64,000 bases of DNA from Isosphaeraceae bacterium (GTDB lineage: Bacteria; Planctomycetota; Planctomycetia; Isosphaerales; Isosphaeraceae): assembly GCA_965201075.1 (NCBI GenBank), contig CBDAVP010000001.1, forward strand, positions 1-64,000, read 5' to 3'. Shown piece by piece: positions 47,662 to 59,186 of the stretch (its first letter is position 1; each line of letters starts with the position of its first letter). Under the pieces are notes generated by a model. It was given only the letters and a program-made list of their open reading frames with translations. It ran no database searches and was not told the origin of the DNA. A program made the translations under genes and the position numbers.

Positions 47662-47931
47662 CGGCCAGTCCCCGCCCGCGTGCCGTGGGTGCCGATCGAA
47701 TGCGAAGTCTCTCCCATATCGGGCGAAACGGAGCTCGACTTGAGGAATTCCGGGGAAAGCCACCGGCTCAGGTGGAGATCACCGTCAACCGCGAGTTTCC
47801 TCGCCGCTCGACCCTCGCCCAGCCATCGGGTGAGCTACGAACGACGGAAGCCTCCGCCAAGAGAAGAGGCTGGGCCCACCCATCGACGTCGAAGGGAGCC
47901 AATCCGCTTCAGATCACGCGGAGATCGCCAA

Positions 47932-48129
47932 TCACTCTTCCTCGCGAAAACCTTCGCCAGCCGGGAGAAGGGCTTCCACCGCCAGACCCAATGGACCCAA
48001 GGTCGCGCCCAGGATGGCCCCTTCCGCCATCGACCGTCGTCTCTCCAGAGCTACAATGCAGGCCGCCCAGGCGGATGAGGCGGCGATCACAAACCAGGCC
48101 GAGACGGGGATTAAGACAGGGAGCATCAT
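47932..48129 (-). CDS. Small membrane protein
   Basis: WAACIVALERRRS.AEGAILGATLGPLGLAVEALLP pattern. Confidence 0.55.
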   Translation of the reverse strand: MMLPVLIPVSAWFVIAASSAWAACIVALERRRSMAEGAILGATLGPLGLAVEALLPAGEGFREEE

Positions 48130-48353
48130 TGCGTCCTTGCGGTGCTGCAGGGATGGTCTCCAGAGTGGCTCGAAGTTCGCACAAGCGGAGAAATCACGCA
48201 AGGCGAGTCTGGAGTTCGCGCGGAAAATCACCTCGCCCGGGTGATCCAATCGTGACAAAGCCTTTTCACGCCAATTTAGCGATTCCCGACGGGAGATCTC
48301 AAAATGTTCCCCTTGGATTTATCCTCGCGAACCGTGGATGGGTTTTTGCGTGG

Positions 48354-49250
48354 TCAAGGGATCGGGTCGAGATGATTGGGCTCGATCTGGGGGACTGGAG
48401 GAGGGAGCGGTTCCATTACGGCGGCCCGGGGAAGCCTTGGGTCGGTCTCGGCGAGTCTCGCCAGGAGGTCACGGGTCGATTGCGCAAGGAGGAGCAGCGA
48501 CGGCCGGATGTTGGGCGGCGGGGGGATCGCTCCGTTGGGCTGGACGAAAACAATCTCCTGGCCCAGTTGGGCCGATCCGAACGCCTCGCTGACCTGGGTG
48601 GCGGCCATCTGGCGAAGGTCGACCGGGGGAGGCCCGTTGGGTCCGGCGGCGTCGGCCAATTTCTGGAGGGCCAGCGCGTCCATCATGGCAATAACCGCAT
48701 GGTTAAGTCGGGTGATATCGGCGATTTCGGCGGGATTGAACTCCGGTTCCAGGTCCAGGCCACGCAAGGACGAGGCGTATTGCCGGGCCGCGGCGAGCAG
48801 GCGGTTCGTTGCCTCGTCGGCGCGGGCGGCGGGGTCGGCCGCGGCGAAGAGGCGTTCGCTGATCTCCCAGGAGCGGCGGCTCAGTTCGGCCAGCCGGATT
48901 TGCGGCGGCGGGCCGGCGATCACCGCGGGCGGCTCGGGGCCAATCTGAACGCCGGGGACGTTGATCCGAATGCCGGGGACATTGATCCGCACACCTCGAT
49001 TGCCGAACACCACGGGAGGACGCGCGACCAAGCCGACCGGGTCGGGCTGCCCCTGGAGTCGAGCCCCCTCTATGGCCGCCTGCAAGGCCTGTCCAATCAA
49101 GCCCGTCGCGATGGGGTCGGCCGTGGTAATCGCCTCGGCCGCGAGAGCCGGCACTTCCGGCTGGGGGATGGGTGGCTGGGCCCGGACGGTGGCGGCGAAC
49201 GCGGCGAAAAGACTCGTGGCAAGCAGGGCTGGTCGCAGGCGGTGCGGCAT
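48354..49250 (-). CDS. Secreted hypothetical protein
   Basis: Signal peptide ending VRA; RINVPG repeat; helical core. Confidence 0.65.
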   Translation of the reverse strand: MPHRLRPALLATSLFAAFAATVRAQPPIPQPEVPALAAEAITTADPIATGLIGQALQAAIEGARLQGQPDPVGLVARPPVVFGNRGVRINVPGIRINVPGVQIGPEPPAVIAGPPPQIRLAELSRRSWEISERLFAAADPAARADEATNRLLAAARQYASSLRGLDLEPEFNPAEIADITRLNHAVIAMMDALALQKLADAAGPNGPPPVDLRQMAATQVSEAFGSAQLGQEIVFVQPNGAIPPPPNIRPSLLLLAQSTRDLLARLAETDPRLPRAAVMEPLPPPVPQIEPNHLDPIP

Positions 49251-49501
49251 CGTTGAGGGCTCCCATCGCCTTTGGGTCGCTGTGAGAGGGAATTTTGCCG
49301 CAACTGGCGGACCAAACCCTATGTTGGGGCGGAAAGACCCACCCGGGGCGAACCGAATGGTTTCGGCGTCGTAGGAAGTGGCGGACCCGTTCGCGGGCGT
49401 TTGGTCGCCTTGTGGCGGGGCTGAGGCCGGGCTATCATGGCCGGGTCACGCCCGGCACGGAGGCCCCGGCCGGTTCGATCTTCAACCCACGGAAGTCTCC
49501 C

Positions 49502-51607
49502 ATGCCCCTGCCCGTCTCCCGTCGTACCCGAGGGGTCCTGGCGCTGACCGGGGTCATCATCGGCACTGCTTTCCTCGTCGGAGCGAGGGCTCAGGCGCCG
49601 GTCGACGTCGAACGGTACACCGCTCAACTCGTCGTCGACCAACTCCAAAAGCATCACCTGGCCCACCCGGTGCTTGACGATGAACTCGCCAAGAAGTGGG
49701 CACGCAACTACATCGACATGCTCGACCCGCAGAAGGCGTACTTCGAGAAGGGCGATGTCGAGCAACTCCTGAAACGCGAAACCGAGATCGACGACGACGC
49801 TCGCAAGGGTAACATCGACTTCGCCCGGGAGGTCTTCGATGTCTTCCTGAAACGGCACGACGAGCGCCTGAGAACCGTTAACGAGATCCTCGACAAGTTG
49901 GAAAAGCAGCCCAAGAAAGAGCACGACGCTGAATTTGCCATCGACGAGACCATGGGCGACGACCCCAAGCTGCTCGATTATCCTGCCGATGAGAAAGAGG
50001 CCACCGACCGCTGGCGCAAGCGGCTCAAACTCGACGTCCTTCAGCTCAAGCTGGGCAAGACCGAAGACGCCGACATCTACAAGCAGTTGCGGGTGCGCTA
50101 CCGAGACCGCAACCGCATGTGGCACCAGTTCGACACCTCCGACATGCTGGAAGTCTACCTGACGGCCCTGACCACGGTTCTTGACCCCCACACCAGCTAC
50201 ATGGGGAAGAACCAGCTTGAGGACCTGATGGGCCAGACCCTTCACCTGTCGCTGGACGGGATCGGGGCGTCACTATCGACCGAGGACGGATACGCGACGG
50301 TCAAGGAGATCGTCCCCGGAGGCGCCGCCGACAAGGACGGCCGGCTCCAGGCCGAGGACAAGATCGTCGGCATCAAGAAGGATGACGGCGAGGTCGACGA
50401 CCTGGTCGAGAAGAAGCTTGCCGACGTGGTCCGCAAGATCCGAGGCCCCCGTGGGACCAAGGTCCGCCTGATCGTCCAGCCGGCCGACAGCAAGGACCGC
50501 AAGGAAATCGAGCTCACTCGCCAGAAAATCGAACTCAAGGACGCCCACGCCCGTTCGCAGATCGTCGAGACCCCCGGACCCGATGGTAAGCCGTTGAAGA
50601 TCGGCATCATCGACCTGCCGAGCTTCTACGGAGACTCCGACGCCCTCCGCAAAGGCGACCCCAACGCCGTCAGCGCCACCCTTGACTGCAAGCGGTTCTT
50701 GACCGAGTTTAAGCAGCAAGGCATCGACGCGGTGGTCCTGGACCTGCGTCGCAATGGCGGCGGCCTGCTGCCCGAGGCGATCACCCTCTCGGGCCTGTTC
50801 ATCGACCACGGACCGGTCGTCCAGGTCCGCGACCCCACTGGCGTGAAGCCCGCCCTGGAGGATGACGACGAAGGAACCGCCTGGGACGGCCCGCTCGCCC
50901 TGCTCATCAGCCACCAGAGCGCCAGCGCTTCGGAAATTTTCGCCGGGGTCATCAAGGACTACCAGCGAGGGCTCATCATCGGCGACTCCAGCACCTTCGG
51001 CAAGGGGACTGTCCAGAGCATCGTCCTGCTCAATGAGCAACTCGTCCGCGGCGACGAGCTGCCCAACCTCGGAGCCCTGAAGCTGACGATTCAGCAGTTT
51101 TTCCGGGCCAACGGTGAAAGCACCCAGATCCGCGGCGTGCCCCCCGACATTCACATCCCCTCCTTGCTGGACCAGTTGGACCTCTCCGAGGGGAAGATGG
51201 ACCACGCCCTGAAGTTCGACAAGGTGCCGGCCCTGGCCCACGACAACTATCACCGGGTGCCGGCCGACCTGGTGGCGCAACTGGCCGCACGCTCGGAGGA
51301 GCGCCGCAACGCCAACCCGAAGTTCCAGAAGCAGGCCGAGTCGATGAAGAAGCTGGCCGACCGCAAGGCCCGGCACGCCATCTCGCTGAACGAGGAGAAG
51401 TTCAAGGCCGAGGTCATCGACGAGGAAGACGACCTGGACGAGGCCAAGCCCAAGTCCAAGGACAAGACTCGCAAGCGCCACTCCGACCAGCCGCCCTGGG
51501 ACACCAAGGACTTCTACAACGACGAGGTCATCGCCATCGTCAAGGACTACCTGACCCTGGGCAACAAGGCCCTGGCCGCCGCCCCGGTTCGCGACGAAAA
51601 GCCCTGA
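49502..51607 (+). CDS. prc: Tail-specific protease (S41A, Prc/Tsp)
   Basis: LDPHTSY, GIGASL, DLRRNGGGLL, SASASEI, GKGTVQ, GESTQIRGV. Confidence 0.93.
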   Translation: MPLPVSRRTRGVLALTGVIIGTAFLVGARAQAPVDVERYTAQLVVDQLQKHHLAHPVLDDELAKKWARNYIDMLDPQKAYFEKGDVEQLLKRETEIDDDARKGNIDFAREVFDVFLKRHDERLRTVNEILDKLEKQPKKEHDAEFAIDETMGDDPKLLDYPADEKEATDRWRKRLKLDVLQLKLGKTEDADIYKQLRVRYRDRNRMWHQFDTSDMLEVYLTALTTVLDPHTSYMGKNQLEDLMGQTLHLSLDGIGASLSTEDGYATVKEIVPGGAADKDGRLQAEDKIVGIKKDDGEVDDLVEKKLADVVRKIRGPRGTKVRLIVQPADSKDRKEIELTRQKIELKDAHARSQIVETPGPDGKPLKIGIIDLPSFYGDSDALRKGDPNAVSATLDCKRFLTEFKQQGIDAVVLDLRRNGGGLLPEAITLSGLFIDHGPVVQVRDPTGVKPALEDDDEGTAWDGPLALLISHQSASASEIFAGVIKDYQRGLIIGDSSTFGKGTVQSIVLLNEQLVRGDELPNLGALKLTIQQFFRANGESTQIRGVPPDIHIPSLLDQLDLSEGKMDHALKFDKVPALAHDNYHRVPADLVAQLAARSEERRNANPKFQKQAESMKKLADRKARHAISLNEEKFKAEVIDEEDDLDEAKPKSKDKTRKRHSDQPPWDTKDFYNDEVIAIVKDYLTLGNKALAAAPVRDEKP

Positions 51608-51699
51608 CCTAACCCTCCGCTGGCTGGTCTCCCGAACCGTCGCAACGGCCGTCCCCGCGCATCTCGCGGGGGCGGCCGTTCGGCGTCCGGGCCGTTCAT

Positions 51700-52419
51700 T
51701 CAGTTCCGGTGGCGGGGACGGGTCGGGTCGTCCCCCTCGTAGACGTCGGTGTCGGGGTGGGCGGCCCGCCACTCCCCCCAGGAGGTCAGGAGCAAGGGGT
51801 ACTCGGGGTAGGGAAATGGGGAGGCTGGCCGTCCGGCGGGGGCCTCGACCACCTCGCCGGTTTTCTGCAGATAGGTGACGTCGCCGACCTTGACGACCAT
51901 CTCGCCACCGAGCAAACCCGCCTGCCCAACATCGAGTGGCGAGGACGCGGGCTGGCCGCCGAACCCCCGAGCGCAGCGGGTCCGGTCGCAGAACGTGGTC
52001 GTCACGGCCACGCCGCCCACTACATCGTTGAGGATATGCCGCGTCTGCAGGCGCATCACGCCGATCGAATAGGCGCGAGCCTGGCCCCCGGCGACGACCC
52101 CGATGACCGAATCTCCATCACGCAGATCGGCCTCCGCGGCGGGGACCGTCGGCGGCAGGCGGAACCCCTCGGCCGAGAACGGCTGGCGAACCTTCCCCGA
52201 CGCCAATGAGGCTTTCACGACTGGCGCGGGGTGAGCCAGTTCTTCGGATGGCGGGCGACCGCAGGACCCCATGAGCAAGGCCAGGACCGCCTGAGCTGTC
52301 CCCCCCGCCCACTGCTTCCACTTGCTCAACGGAAACCCTCCCGTTGGGACACGAGAACCATTCCCATCCCCACTCCGGAGAGGGCTCGGCGCACCGCCCG
52401 AGGTTTCGCCGATTGGCAC
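51700..52419 (-). CDS. DUF3179-like protein, probable lipoprotein (true start probably later, near 52326)
   Basis: VIGVVAGGQARAYS...HILNDVVGG.AVTTTFCD...TSWGEWRAAHPDTDVY. Confidence 0.7.
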   Translation of the reverse strand: MPIGETSGGAPSPLRSGDGNGSRVPTGGFPLSKWKQWAGGTAQAVLALLMGSCGRPPSEELAHPAPVVKASLASGKVRQPFSAEGFRLPPTVPAAEADLRDGDSVIGVVAGGQARAYSIGVMRLQTRHILNDVVGGVAVTTTFCDRTRCARGFGGQPASSPLDVGQAGLLGGEMVVKVGDVTYLQKTGEVVEAPAGRPASPFPYPEYPLLLTSWGEWRAAHPDTDVYEGDDPTRPRHRN

Positions 52420-52598
52420 AAGGCCGGGAACTCACGAGAGCGGACCACGAGGGATCTCCAGGCGTGGACGTCCCCCGGCACCTGCTCCCACCCACAGCGA
52501 GGCCGTCGGCGCCTCAAATCGTGGGTTCGGGCTCGTCGGTGGCTACCAGACCTAGGCGACGAATTCCCTGGCGAGGGCCGTCGCCAGGGTCATGGAAA

Positions 52599-53645
52599 TC
52601 AAGGGAAGGGTCGGGCCGCCGCGTCGGGCGCGTCTTCGTCGTCGTTGTCTTCCAAAACCCCCGCGACCTGCCCGCGGTCGTTGATTGCCGTGGCCGAACT
52701 GAACCGCGGGCCGCATTCCTTGAGAATTCGGACCCGCCCCTCCTCACGAACGAAGGCGTTCGAGCCAACCTCCGAGCCCCCCGGGCCGTCCACCATGCCC
52801 ACGATTGCCCCGGCGTTGTTGATCGCCAGCGCCTCGGAGCGGACATAGCCCTCCGGCAGTTCCAACCGCTGGCAACCGGTCTCCGCCGTCCAGGCCACGG
52901 CCCGGGGCAGCCCCTTTTCCCCGATGGCCAGGCCGACAACCGTGCCGGCGTTGTTGACCGCGCGAGGGACCAGGGCGCCCGCCGGCCCCAGGACCTCGCG
53001 AGACCAGGACCCATCGGCGCCGATCGACCAACGGCAGGGGACCGTCCCGTCCACGGCCGCGACCCATCGGCCATCGCCGCTGATCGGCACCACCTGAGAA
53101 CCGAGCGTCCGGCCCTCCTGAAGAATGGGCGTCCCCTTCCAGCCCGAGGCGCGATCCCAGACGCACGCCCGGACCCGGTCGCGGCCGATCGACAGCCCGC
53201 TGACCCGGCCGCCGTCCCGACTCACGCCCGTGGCCAGCGAGGCTTTGTCCCCCGGCAAGGTCCCGAGCCCGCGGATGCCGTGGTCCTCGTCCCAAACAAA
53301 CGCCTCGTTGTTCTTCCCCGAAACATTGGCCCGGCTGACGCGACCCACCACCATCCCCTGGTCGCTCACCGCCGCTGGGGAAGTCGCCGTGAAGCCGGCC
53401 AGGAGCGGCAGCCGGATCACGTCCTTGCCTCGGGCGTAAATGGGGACCTGCTCCAGCACCCCCGGCCGGGCGCGTTCCTCCGCCCACTGGAAACCGACCA
53501 GATCCCCCCGAGCGTTCAACCCGGTGGCGATCACCCCGACGGGCCGGGGCGAGACCAGTCGATAGGTCGTCGTCGGGGCGGGTTCGTCGGCCCTCGCGAA
53601 TCCAGCGACCAGCGAGGCAATCAGGGCGGGCAGGACGCGGCGCAT
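52599..53645 (-). CDS. Secreted HAF-repeat beta-propeller protein
   Basis: Signal peptide; repeated A..VNNAGTVVG / AINDRGQVAG; GLGTLPG. Confidence 0.85.
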   Translation of the reverse strand: MRRVLPALIASLVAGFARADEPAPTTTYRLVSPRPVGVIATGLNARGDLVGFQWAEERARPGVLEQVPIYARGKDVIRLPLLAGFTATSPAAVSDQGMVVGRVSRANVSGKNNEAFVWDEDHGIRGLGTLPGDKASLATGVSRDGGRVSGLSIGRDRVRACVWDRASGWKGTPILQEGRTLGSQVVPISGDGRWVAAVDGTVPCRWSIGADGSWSREVLGPAGALVPRAVNNAGTVVGLAIGEKGLPRAVAWTAETGCQRLELPEGYVRSEALAINNAGAIVGMVDGPGGSEVGSNAFVREEGRVRILKECGPRFSSATAINDRGQVAGVLEDNDDEDAPDAAARPFP

Positions 53646-53723
53646 GGCAGCCCCTCGGGGGTGGCGGACGATCGGGACCGGCCCAATTGCAGCCTCCAGG
53701 GGTTTTTTCCGCAAGGTCGGGAT

Positions 53724-54950
53724 TCAAACGACGCGGGCCGCCAGCAATGTCAGGTCATCGGCCAGCGGGACCGGCCCTCGGTGCTCGTCGATGGCCGCCC
53801 TCAAGCCCGAGGCGACCTCGGCCGGGCCCTCCGAGGCGAGTTCCCCCAACCGAGAGACCAACGCGCCGACGCCGAACAGCCGGCCCTCCGGCCCCCGGAC
53901 CTCGATCGCCCCATCGGAATACAGCAACAGCGTATCGCCCGATTCCAGCGGCGCCTCGCCCGACGCGAACCCCTGGCCCATCGCCGTCCCCAAAGGCAGT
54001 CCCCTCGCCTGTAATTTGCGTACGCCCTGCGCCCCGGCCAGCAAAATTGGAAGATGGCCGGCCAGGGCGAACCGCACCCGGGAAGCGGCCGGATCCACCA
54101 CGCAGGCCGCGGCCGTCACATAGCGGTCGTCGAACATCTCGGCCACGGCGTCATCCAGTCGGGTCAGCAGTCCGGAAAGGTTGTCGGCCTCGTTTCGGGA
54201 CGCCGCCAACGTCGCCTTGACCGTTGAGGCCACCAGGGCCGCCTGAACGCCGTGGCCCATGGCGTCGGCCACGAACAACAAGGTCTTGCCGCCGGGCATC
54301 GGCATCACGTCGAACAGGTCGCCGCCGACGCTCGAAACCGGCGCATAACACCAGGCGGTCGCCAGCCCCTGGGTCCTCGGCACGGTTCTCGGCAAAATTG
54401 ACCGTTGGACGTGCGCGGCCATGGCAAGGTCGCGGTCCCGCCGATCCACCTCCGCCCCGAGCTGCGCGGCCGACCGCAAGAGGGCATCGCGGGTCCGCTT
54501 CAGGGCCGACTGCGTGGCCAGTCTCGCGTGCAAGACCGGCAGGTTGATCGGCTTGGTGACGTAGTCGTTCGCCCCCAGGGCCAGCCCCTCGACAATGTCG
54601 CGGGTCTCGCCCAGGCCCGAGACCAGCACCACCGGCAGGTCGGCCGTGGCCGGGTCGGCCCTCAGGCGTCGGAGCACCTCCAGGCCCGAAAGGTCGGGCA
54701 TGACGATGTCCATCAACACCACGTCGGGCGCCCCCTCGGCGACTCTCCGCAACGCCGCCTCGCCGCCAGCCGCCACGTCGATTTCGTATCCCAAAGGCGC
54801 GAGGGACCGGGCCAGAAGCGCGGCGTTCTCGGCGTGGTCGTCCACCACCAGGACGCGCGTCAAGGTGGGGATCGTCACGCCCGGAGGGAGCGTCAGCGCG
54901 GAAACCGGCCCGTCTCCGCGGAGCTTGAGGGATCGGCTCATGACTCGCAT
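53724..54950 (-). CDS. Response regulator with PP2C/SpoIIE (RsbU-type) phosphatase output
   Basis: Receiver domain plus VGGDLFD, ADAMGHG, YSDG, DDLT. Confidence 0.92.
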   Translation of the reverse strand: MRVMSRSLKLRGDGPVSALTLPPGVTIPTLTRVLVVDDHAENAALLARSLAPLGYEIDVAAGGEAALRRVAEGAPDVVLMDIVMPDLSGLEVLRRLRADPATADLPVVLVSGLGETRDIVEGLALGANDYVTKPINLPVLHARLATQSALKRTRDALLRSAAQLGAEVDRRDRDLAMAAHVQRSILPRTVPRTQGLATAWCYAPVSSVGGDLFDVMPMPGGKTLLFVADAMGHGVQAALVASTVKATLAASRNEADNLSGLLTRLDDAVAEMFDDRYVTAAACVVDPAASRVRFALAGHLPILLAGAQGVRKLQARGLPLGTAMGQGFASGEAPLESGDTLLLYSDGAIEVRGPEGRLFGVGALVSRLGELASEGPAEVASGLRAAIDEHRGPVPLADDLTLLAARVV

Positions 54951-54981
54951 GGTAGCAAATCCGGCTCACGAACCTGGGAGT

Positions 54982-55377
54982 TCAGTTCCGGTACTGTTCG
55001 TCACTCACCGGCTCCAACCACTCGACGACCTTGCCGTCCAGTTGCTCCTGGATGGCGATGTGAGTCATGGCGGTGGTCGGCGTGGCGCCGTGCCAGTGAC
55101 GGCGGCCCGGGGGGAACCAGACCACGTCGCCGGGAAGAATCTCCTCGACCGGCTCCCCCTCGATCTGGGTCCAGCCGCATCCGGCGGTGACGATCAGGGT
55201 TTGACCCAGAGGGTGGGTATGCCAGGCGGTCCGCGCTCCGGGCTCGAATGTGACGCTGGCCACCGCCGTCCGCGCCGGGGGCTGAGGCTGGAACAGCGGG
55301 TCAATGCGAACCGTGCCGGTGAACCAGTCGGATGGCCCCCGGGCCGACGGCTGCGTGCCATTCCTCGTGATCGCCAT
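54982..55377 (-). CDS. Cupin-domain protein
   Basis: [20 protein letters not shown]...HWHGA...MTHIAIQE. Confidence 0.92.
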   Translation of the reverse strand: MAITRNGTQPSARGPSDWFTGTVRIDPLFQPQPPARTAVASVTFEPGARTAWHTHPLGQTLIVTAGCGWTQIEGEPVEEILPGDVVWFPPGRRHWHGATPTTAMTHIAIQEQLDGKVVEWLEPVSDEQYRN

Positions 55378-55500
55378 GTTCGCCTCGCTGTTGGGACCGG
55401 GCGGGGGGAAGACTTTCTCGACAATAACGCCCGCCCGAGTTTGCCAAGGGGCCGAAGTCCCGACTAGCCTCCGTCGAGGACACTCCCGAGGGGTTACGCC

Positions 55501-55529
55501 TTCGACATGCGTGGGAACCACGTTACAAT
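55501..55529 (+). promoter_or_regulatory. Sigma70 promoter for a probably leaderless pepA mRNA
   Basis: TTCGAC-N17-TACAAT, ending 7 nt before the ATG at 55537; no RBS. Confidence 0.55.
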
Positions 55530-55536
55530 GCCGCCC

Positions 55537-57087
55537 ATGAGCCACACCCCAACGCCCGCCGAGCCGTCCCAAACCCTCCCGATCCGCGTCGTGGTCGAGG
55601 CCCCCGCCGCCGTCGCCGCCGACTGGCTGGCCGTGGGGATCTTCGAGGGGGACGCCCAGGTCCCCGACGCCCTGAAACCCACCGCCGCGGCCGGGCGAAT
55701 CGGCGCGTTGATCGAGTCGAAGGATCTGAGCGGCAACCTCGGCGACGCCACGCCGGTCCTCGGCCTGGAAGGACTGGCGGCCGGAGCCTTGCTGGTGCTT
55801 GGGCTCGGGCCCAGGGCAACGTTCGGCCCGGGCGCGGCGTTCTCGGCGGCAGTGGCGGCGAGTAAGAAGCTGGCGAGCCGGCCCAGGGGCAAGGTCGCCT
55901 TCGCCCTGCCCATCGTCGAGGAATCCGCCAACCCCTCGGCGATCGCCCGGGCCTTGGTGGAAGGGGCGATCGTCGGCACCCGAGGCCCCGGTCTGCGGAA
56001 GAAGGAGCCCAGCCGCCACCCCTTCGCCGAGCTGATCGTCATCGCGGCGGAGGGGGGACCGCTCGACGCCGGGACGCTGGAAGTCGCCGCCCGCGAAGGC
56101 CAAATCGTCGGCGAGGCGATCAACCTGGCTCGTGACCTGGCCAACACCCCGCCAGCCGAGAAGGCCCCGACCGTCCTGGCCGCCCGCATCGCCGAGGCGG
56201 CCCGATCCGCCGGGGTCTCGGCCGAGGTCTGGGACCAGGAGCGACTGAAGCAGGAGCGGTTTGGCGGACTCCTCGGCGTCTCGGCCGGATCGGACGAGCC
56301 CCCGGCGTTCGTCGTGTTGAAATATCGCGGTCGCAACGAGGGCAAACCCCTGGCCCTGGTAGGCAAGGGGGTGACGTTCGACTCCGGCGGCCTGTCGATC
56401 AAGCCGTCGGCGTCGATGGAGGACATGAAGGCCGACATGACGGGCGCGGCGGTGGTCGCCGCGGCGCTGCTGGCCGTCGCCCGCCTGGGCCTGCGGGCCG
56501 ACGTCGACGCCTACTTGCCGATGACCGAGAACCTCACGGGCGGCCGGGCGATGAAATTAGGAGACGTGCTGACCTTTCGCGACGGTCAGACCGCCGAGGT
56601 GCTCAACACCGACGCCGAGGGGCGGCTCATCCTGGCCGACGCCCTGGCCTACGCCACCGAGTCATCCCCGGCCCGGATCGTCGACCTGGCGACGCTCACC
56701 GGAGCCTGCCTCGTGGCGCTGGGGCCCAAGGTCGCCGGTCTGTTCAGCAACGACGACGCCAGCGCCGACGCCCTCCTGGCCGCCGCGAAGGCCGCCGGGG
56801 AACGCCTCTGGCGGATGCCGCTGGACGCCGACTTCAAGGAGCAGCTCAAAAGTCACGTCGCCGACTTCAAGAACATCGGCACTCGCTGGGGCGGGGCGAT
56901 CACCGCGGCGAAGTTCCTGGAACAGTTCGTCGCCGAAACCCCCTGGGCCCACCTCGACATCGCCGGACCCGCCTGGGCCGACGCCGACTCCCCCACTCGC
57001 GACGTCGGCGCCACTGGCTGCTACGTCCGCACGCTTGTTCGACTGGTCGAGGAGACCGCGTCCCGAGAGTCTTCTGTCGCGCAATGA
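55537..57087 (+). CDS. pepA: Leucyl aminopeptidase (M17)
   Basis: [39 protein letters not shown]. Confidence 0.95.
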   Translation: MSHTPTPAEPSQTLPIRVVVEAPAAVAADWLAVGIFEGDAQVPDALKPTAAAGRIGALIESKDLSGNLGDATPVLGLEGLAAGALLVLGLGPRATFGPGAAFSAAVAASKKLASRPRGKVAFALPIVEESANPSAIARALVEGAIVGTRGPGLRKKEPSRHPFAELIVIAAEGGPLDAGTLEVAAREGQIVGEAINLARDLANTPPAEKAPTVLAARIAEAARSAGVSAEVWDQERLKQERFGGLLGVSAGSDEPPAFVVLKYRGRNEGKPLALVGKGVTFDSGGLSIKPSASMEDMKADMTGAAVVAAALLAVARLGLRADVDAYLPMTENLTGGRAMKLGDVLTFRDGQTAEVLNTDAEGRLILADALAYATESSPARIVDLATLTGACLVALGPKVAGLFSNDDASADALLAAAKAAGERLWRMPLDADFKEQLKSHVADFKNIGTRWGGAITAAKFLEQFVAETPWAHLDIAGPAWADADSPTRDVGATGCYVRTLVRLVEETASRESSVAQ

Positions 57088-57098
57088 CCTCGGCGGCC

Positions 57099-57138
57099 GC
57101 CAGCGGGCGATCTGGCTCGACGATCATCGCCCGCTGGC
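57099..57138 (+). terminator. Hairpin after pepA
   Basis: GCCAGCGGGCGAT...ATCGCCCGCTGGC. Confidence 0.55.
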
Positions 57139-57384
57139 CGCGGCCCACTTTCGGCCCGATCACGTTCGGCCTCGGCGCATTCTCCGGCAGGTTGGAAGAA
57201 AAGAACGGGACATTCCCGGATGTTTCCGCGGTCGGGGTGATTTAGGATCTCTCTCATCTCATCGAGTGAGCCGTGGACCAGGACTTGGCCTGTTTTTCGC
57301 GAATGACCGCGTAAATCGAAGGATGTCCGTTTCTCTCCTTCTCCCCGGGAAAGTCCCCCGATTCGCCGCTCCGGAGAAGGTCTC

Positions 57385-58092
57385 ATGGTCCCTGCGGCTT
57401 CGGCGGGCCCGATCTTGATCGTGGACGACGACAAGAAGACGGCGGCGCTGATCGCGTTGTATCTCGAAAGGGAGGGTTTCACGACGATCTCGGCCCATGA
57501 CGGCCGAGAGGCCCTGGAGTCGGCCAGGCGTCACCGCCCCATCTTCGTTGTGCTCGACCTGATGCTCCCAATCACCGACGGGTGGGAGGTCTGTCAGGAG
57601 TTGCGCCGCTCCTCGGACGTCCCGATCCTGATGCTCACCGCGCGAGACGAGGAGCAGGATTGCCTGCTGGGCCTGTCGATGGGCGCCGACGACTTCGTGG
57701 TCAAACCGTTCAGCCCAAGAGAGGTGACGGCGCGGGTCAAGGCGATCCTGCGGCGCCGCCGCTCGGAGTTCCCGAGGGGCCGGGGGCGGCTGGAACACGC
57801 GGGGCTCGTCCTCGACCCGGAGAATCGGACCGCGACCCTCAACGGCCGACGGCTAGCCTTGACCGCGTCTGAGTGGAAAATCCTCCACGCGCTGATGGCC
57901 GCGCCCGGGCGAGTCTTCCTGCGGGACGAGATCCTGAATCACCTCTACCCCGTGGGGTCGGCGGTCATCGACCGCGTCGTCGACGTGCATATCGGCAAGC
58001 TCAGGCAGAAGATCGAGGACGACCCGGCGAATCCTCGACGTGTCTTGACCGTCAGGGGCCTGGGCTATTATTACGCCGAGGTCGAGGATTGA
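57385..58092 (+). CDS. OmpR/PhoB-family response regulator
   Basis: LDLMLP, KPFSPRE, VDVHIGKLRQKIE, TVRGLGY. Confidence 0.95.
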   Translation: MVPAASAGPILIVDDDKKTAALIALYLEREGFTTISAHDGREALESARRHRPIFVVLDLMLPITDGWEVCQELRRSSDVPILMLTARDEEQDCLLGLSMGADDFVVKPFSPREVTARVKAILRRRRSEFPRGRGRLEHAGLVLDPENRTATLNGRRLALTASEWKILHALMAAPGRVFLRDEILNHLYPVGSAVIDRVVDVHIGKLRQKIEDDPANPRRVLTVRGLGYYYAEVED

Positions 58093-58111
58093 TCGGGGCC
58101 AGGGGCCGGGG

Positions 58112-59176
58112 ATGCGCCACCAACTGATCTGGAAGTTCCTGGGAATCAATTTCCTGGTGATCGGGGTCGTCATCCTGTCGATCTGGCTGGCCATCGACTA
58201 CCTCGCCGCCGATTACTATCTCGACCTGATGAAGCGGTACGACATCGACCCGAAGGACCTCAACCGGATCTTCCTGGGGGCGTCGCACCGGTATCTCGTC
58301 GCGGCGGGACTGGCCGCCCTGGGCCTGGCGGCGGTGCTCTGCACCTTACTGACAAGGCGGGTCCTCCGCCCGCTAGGGGAGATGTCGTCGATCACGCGGT
58401 CATTTGCCGCGGGCGACTACTCGGCGCGCGCCTACGCCGTCGGCCCCGACCCCTTCGGGCAGTTGGCCTCGGCGTTCAACCAGATGGCCGACAGCCTCCA
58501 ACGGGTCGAGGGGTTGCGGAAGGCCATGGTCGCCGACGTCGCTCACGAATTGCGCACCCCCCTGACGAACATCCGCGGCTACCTGGAGGCGCTCGGCGAC
58601 GGAGTCTTACCCCCCTCTCGGGACGTCTACGAGTCGATGCACGAGGAGGCGCTCCGCCTGGCCAAGCTGGTCGAGGACCTCCTTCAACTCTCGAGGGCCG
58701 ACGCCGCGCGGACGACCCTGCGACGGGCCCCCGTCGACCTGCCGGACCTCGTCTCGCAGGCCATCGAGCGATTCCGGCTGAAGTTCGAGGCGAAGCGGGT
58801 CGACCTCAAAACCGATCTCGCCGCGGGCGACGTGGTCCCGGCCGAGGCGGACCGGGTGACCCAGATCCTGACGAACATCCTGCACAATGCCTGGCAATAC
58901 ACGCCGGAGGGCGGGTCGGTCCGCGTCGTGCTCGACCGGCCGCCGGGGTGGGCAAGGCTAATCATCGCCAATACCGGCGAGGGGATCGCCGAGGACGACC
59001 TGCCGTTCATCTTCGAGCGATTCTACCGAGGGGAAAAGTCCCGCTCGCGGGCCCACGGCGGCGCGGGGATCGGCCTCGCGATCGTCAAGGAGCTGGTCGA
59101 GGCCCACGGCGGCCAGCTCGGGGCGGAAAACGCACCGGCGGGGGCCGTCGTCTGGTTCTGCCTGCCCGCCTGGTAG
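58112..59176 (+). CDS. BaeS-like HAMP sensor histidine kinase with a very short periplasmic loop
   Basis: Two TMs, HAMP, AHELRTPL, NILHNA, FERFYR, GAGIGL. Confidence 0.95.
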   Translation: MRHQLIWKFLGINFLVIGVVILSIWLAIDYLAADYYLDLMKRYDIDPKDLNRIFLGASHRYLVAAGLAALGLAAVLCTLLTRRVLRPLGEMSSITRSFAAGDYSARAYAVGPDPFGQLASAFNQMADSLQRVEGLRKAMVADVAHELRTPLTNIRGYLEALGDGVLPPSRDVYESMHEEALRLAKLVEDLLQLSRADAARTTLRRAPVDLPDLVSQAIERFRLKFEAKRVDLKTDLAAGDVVPAEADRVTQILTNILHNAWQYTPEGGSVRVVLDRPPGWARLIIANTGEGIAEDDLPFIFERFYRGEKSRSRAHGGAGIGLAIVKELVEAHGGQLGAENAPAGAVVWFCLPAW

Positions 59177-59186
59177 GCCCCTCGAC

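Noticed and set aside
51700..52419. Selenoprotein form of DUF3179
   Set aside because: No in-frame TGA; the site reads CDRTRC.
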